Assembly: GCA_018675335.1 (NCBI GenBank)
Contig: JABGYH010000007.1
Span: 468,986-532,985 of the forward strand
Source of the DNA: Candidatus Woesearchaeota archaeon
Lineage (GTDB): Archaea; Nanobdellota; Nanobdellia; Woesearchaeales; UBA11576
Length of the DNA stretch: 64,000 nucleotides
Direction: 5' to 3'
In this document: positions 61,303-64,000 of the stretch, in pieces
How the letters are laid out: every line of letters begins with the position of its first letter
How positions within the stretch are numbered: position 1 is the stretch's first letter
Position numbers and translations under genes: made by a program
The notes under the pieces: model-generated
The model's input: only the letters and a program-made list of their open reading frames with translations
The model's database searches: none
Told to the model about the DNA's origin: nothing

Positions 61303-62985
61303 GTGAATAATATGGATCCTGTAATGCTTAGCAAAGTTCTAAAACACTATAAAAAAATAGATGTACAACAAGCCATAATAGACGGAGCTACAGATAAAGA
61401 AATTTCAGGCAGTTATGGTGGAAAAGGATATACTAGAAGGCCTGATGTGTTACAATATCCTACCGACGTAATTGAAATGGTAAAAAAAGGAGTTACAAGT
61501 TTTCATGCGAGTGAAGAACTCTGGCGAAACCCTTTACAAATAAAAACCGGATCACCAAGAAGAGAAATGGACGATCTAAGAAAAGGGTGGGATTTGGTTT
61601 TAGACATTGATTGTACCTGGTTGGATTATAGTAAAATTGCAGCACATCTTTTAATACAGGCAATAAAATATCAGGGAATAAAATCAGTAAGTTGTAAGTT
61701 TTCGGGTAATCATGGATTTCATATTGGAGTTCCGTTTGAATCATTTCCTGAAAATGTTTTAGGAATTGAAACAAGAACATTATTTCCTGAAGGTCCTCGA
61801 AAAATTGCAGAATACTTAAAAGAAATGATAAAAGAACATTTATCTCGAGAAATACTAGAATTTGATAGTTTAGATGTTATAATGAAAAAGTCAGGAAAAC
61901 CTTACGAAGAACTTGTTGTTGATGGGAAGTTTGACCCATTCACTATTTTAGAAGTTGATACAATTCTTATTTCTTCTCGGCATTTGTATAGGATGGCATA
62001 TTCATTTAACGAAAAAAGCGGGTGGGTAAGTTTGCCGTTAGATCCTGACAAAGTTAAAGAATTTGATGTAAAAGACTCGTATTCTGAAAATGTAGTTGTT
62101 AATGATTTTAGATTTATGGATAAACGAAATATTGTTTTAGGTGAGGCTCGAGATTTGATAATTAAAAGTTATGATTTTGCCGCCGAGCAAGAACAAAAAA
62201 AGAAAAAAATCGCACAAGATAAAAAAGTTTTCAAAGTAGAAAAAAGAAATGAAGAAGTAGATCTTGAAAAATTTGAAATAAAAATTCCTGAAGAATTATT
62301 TCCACCTTGCATTAAAAAGATTTTTGGAGGGCTTGAAGATGGGAAGAAACGAGCAGTTTTCATATTAATTAATTTTCTTGCGAGTTGTAATTGGTCGTAT
62401 GAAGATATGGAAGATTATCTTGAGCGATGGAACAAACAAAATAAAGAACCTTTACGTGAAGTTTATTGGAGGGGGCAATTAAGATATGCTAAAACTCAAA
62501 ATAAAAAAGTACTTCCCCCTAATTGTAATAATAAAATGTATTACACTGATTTACAAATTTGTTGTCCTGATGGTATTTGCAGGGGAGTTAAAAATCCAGT
62601 TAATTATGCAGTTAGAAGAATGAAAAGTTTAATTGCAATTGAAAAGAAAAAAACTAAAACAAAAAATAAATCAGAAAACAAAAAAGAAACTTCAAATAAG
62701 AAAAAACAGGATGAGGATCAAGAAACAAATACTCAAGAAGCGCCCACTGATCAAGAAACAAATAATTCTGAAGGGTTAAAAGATCAAGACAAGTCTGATG
62801 AGTCAGAATCTTTGAAAAATGAAAATGTTTTAACTGTGGATGATGAGTCCGTTGATAATTCTACTTCTGAAGATGTTACCTCAGATGATTTGGTCGAATC
62901 AAATGACATAAGTAAATCTTCTAATCAAAATGGTTCCGTAGTTAATAAAAATAATATTGATAATGAAAATGACCGTGCAGAATAA
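61303..62985 (+). CDS. priS: DNA primase, single-chain PriS catalytic domain fused to a Cys-containing PriL-CTD-like domain, with a low-complexity tail
   Basis: DLVLDID (61591-61611) and SGNHGFH (61702-61722) are AEP primase motifs. The C-terminal part PPCIKKIFGGLEDGKKRAVFILINF...PPNCNN...ICCPDGIC provides possible Fe-S ligands. Start is GTG 61303 or ATG 61312. Confidence 0.75.
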   Translation: MNNMDPVMLSKVLKHYKKIDVQQAIIDGATDKEISGSYGGKGYTRRPDVLQYPTDVIEMVKKGVTSFHASEELWRNPLQIKTGSPRREMDDLRKGWDLVLDIDCTWLDYSKIAAHLLIQAIKYQGIKSVSCKFSGNHGFHIGVPFESFPENVLGIETRTLFPEGPRKIAEYLKEMIKEHLSREILEFDSLDVIMKKSGKPYEELVVDGKFDPFTILEVDTILISSRHLYRMAYSFNEKSGWVSLPLDPDKVKEFDVKDSYSENVVVNDFRFMDKRNIVLGEARDLIIKSYDFAAEQEQKKKKIAQDKKVFKVEKRNEEVDLEKFEIKIPEELFPPCIKKIFGGLEDGKKRAVFILINFLASCNWSYEDMEDYLERWNKQNKEPLREVYWRGQLRYAKTQNKKVLPPNCNNKMYYTDLQICCPDGICRGVKNPVNYAVRRMKSLIAIEKKKTKTKNKSENKKETSNKKKQDEDQETNTQEAPTDQETNNSEGLKDQDKSDESESLKNENVLTVDDESVDNSTSEDVTSDDLVESNDISKSSNQNGSVVNKNNIDNENDRAE

Positions 62986-63412
62986 ATCCCTTAAACGAGT
63001 TTTAGCATTCGGAACATTTGATGTACTTCACAAAGGTCATAAAGATTTTTTAACACAGGCCAGACAATATGGCGATTTATTATTTGTGGTGATAGCTCGA
63101 GATAGAACAGTTAAAATTCATAAAAAAGTAAAATTACATCACAATGAAAATTATCGATTAAAAAGTGTGGTGGAATCAGGCATTGCAGATTTTGTACTTC
63201 TTGGAAATAAAAAACGTAAAATGGATGTTATTCGACGAGTAAAACCAGATATAATTTGTTTAGGTTATGATCAAAAACATTTTATTTTTGAACTTGAACA
63301 GTATATTGATCGGAAAAATCTTAAAATTTTAGTTAAACGATTAAATTCTCATAAACCGCACATTTACAAATCAACAATTATTAGAAAAAAGTTGAATGAA
63401 TCTGATGAATGA
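62957..63412 (+). CDS. Cytidylyltransferase-like nucleotidyltransferase (RibL-type FAD synthetase candidate)
   Basis: VLAFGTFDVLHKGHKDFL is the (T/H)xGH nucleotidyltransferase signature. The gene overlaps the primase 3' end, and the start could instead be 62963 or 62969. Confidence 0.65.
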   Translation: MIMKMTVQNKSLKRVLAFGTFDVLHKGHKDFLTQARQYGDLLFVVIARDRTVKIHKKVKLHHNENYRLKSVVESGIADFVLLGNKKRKMDVIRRVKPDIICLGYDQKHFIFELEQYIDRKNLKILVKRLNSHKPHIYKSTIIRKKLNESDE

Positions 63413-63497
63413 ATTGGATTAATGAGTGGGTGCATGAATATGTGTGTTAATAAGTGAGTTTGATAATGAATAAAACCAATAAATTGAGGTGTTATTG

Positions 63498-64000
63498 ATG
63501 GATGTTAAAATAGCAATAAACGAACGAAAAAGCATAAGAAAATATCAAGAAAAGGAAGTTAGTTCTGAAATTTTACTGGAGCTTATTGATGCTGCAAGGC
63601 TTGCTCCGTCAGGAAATAATGCACAACCTTGGAAATTTAAAATAATTACTGATAAATCTTTGAAACAAAAGCTTCGTGAAAATAATATTTTTCCACAAGA
63701 CTTTGTATATTCTGTTCCTGCTATAATACTTTGTTGTGCGGATCCAACTGAATATAAAAAGAATGTTTCTGGACTTGATGATGCTAATAACCTCAGAGCA
63801 GTTAGAGATTTGTCTATTGCCACATCATTCTTATTATTAAGAGCTACAGAACTTGGTTTAGGTACTTGCTATGTTGGTTGGATGAAAAAAGAAGAAATTT
63901 TGAATTTGTTAGAGTTGCCATCAGAATATGTTGTACCCTATATAATAACAGTAGGATATCCTGCAGAATCGCCTGATTCTAAACCCCGAAAAAATATTGA
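63498..64000 (+). CDS. Nitroreductase-family protein (5' part, runs off the window)
   Basis: Not in the ORF track because no stop is reached. ATG 63498 follows GAGGTG. ERKSIRKYQEKEV...AARLAPSGNNAQPWKF and GLGTCYVGW are nitroreductase signatures. Confidence 0.75.
   Translation, partial: MDVKIAINERKSIRKYQEKEVSSEILLELIDAARLAPSGNNAQPWKFKIITDKSLKQKLRENNIFPQDFVYSVPAIILCCADPTEYKKNVSGLDDANNLRAVRDLSIATSFLLLRATELGLGTCYVGWMKKEEILNLLELPSEYVVPYIITVGYPAESPDSKPRKNI

Noticed and set aside
63545-63823. 92-aa minus-strand ORF
   Set aside because: It is antisense to the clearly recognisable nitroreductase frame that starts at 63498 and runs off the window.
1-64000. Search for tRNA, rRNA, RNase P/SRP RNA and C/D-box sRNA genes in intergenic GC-rich islands
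   Set aside because: Apart from the repeated element and its leader, no intergenic segment shows the GC-rich helices, T-loop-like GTTCRANYC motif or box C/D pairs needed for a call. Absence by eye is not proof, and a covariance-model scan (tRNAscan-SE, Infernal) should be run.

Overview
Strongly AT-rich chromosomal segment of an archaeon, probably a small-genome DPANN-type lineage. The archaeal call rests on RadA, PCNA, PAN, Hef, an RPA-like OB/Zn protein, an M. jannaschii-like TyrRS and a single-chain PriS-PriL-like primase. GGTGA/GGAGG Shine-Dalgarno motifs precede many starts across the whole window. I saw no rRNA, tRNA, CRISPR array, transposase, integrase or reverse transcriptase. The window has three parts. 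(1) 0.4-15.9 kb is a tightly packed, co-directional seven-gene cluster of exported or membrane-anchored proteins. Together they carry a near-complete set of bacterial peptidoglycan (murein) degrading domains: PF11860-type muramidase, two Amidase_2, M15 peptidase, SLT lytic transglycosylase, SGNH esterases and DUF218, plus a metallophosphoesterase. This is unexpected in an organism that should have no murein, and it is my top candidate for a new system. (2) 19.0-40.0 kb holds an ArsR-type HTH gene whose stop overlaps (ATGA) the start of a 20.7-kb gene. That gene encodes a 6,908-aa surface protein with 19 BspA/DUF285-type repeats, a LamG domain, at least 7 beta-helix modules, CARDB-like modules, 3 x 201-aa tandem repeats and a C-terminal TM anchor. 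(3) 40-64 kb is housekeeping: DNA repair and replication, proteostasis, and small membrane proteins. In this part a GC-rich 38-nt element abutting a TATA-like box occurs twice, upstream of a small PC4-like gene plus radA and upstream of hef. All domain calls were made by eye from remembered family signatures. No searches were run.
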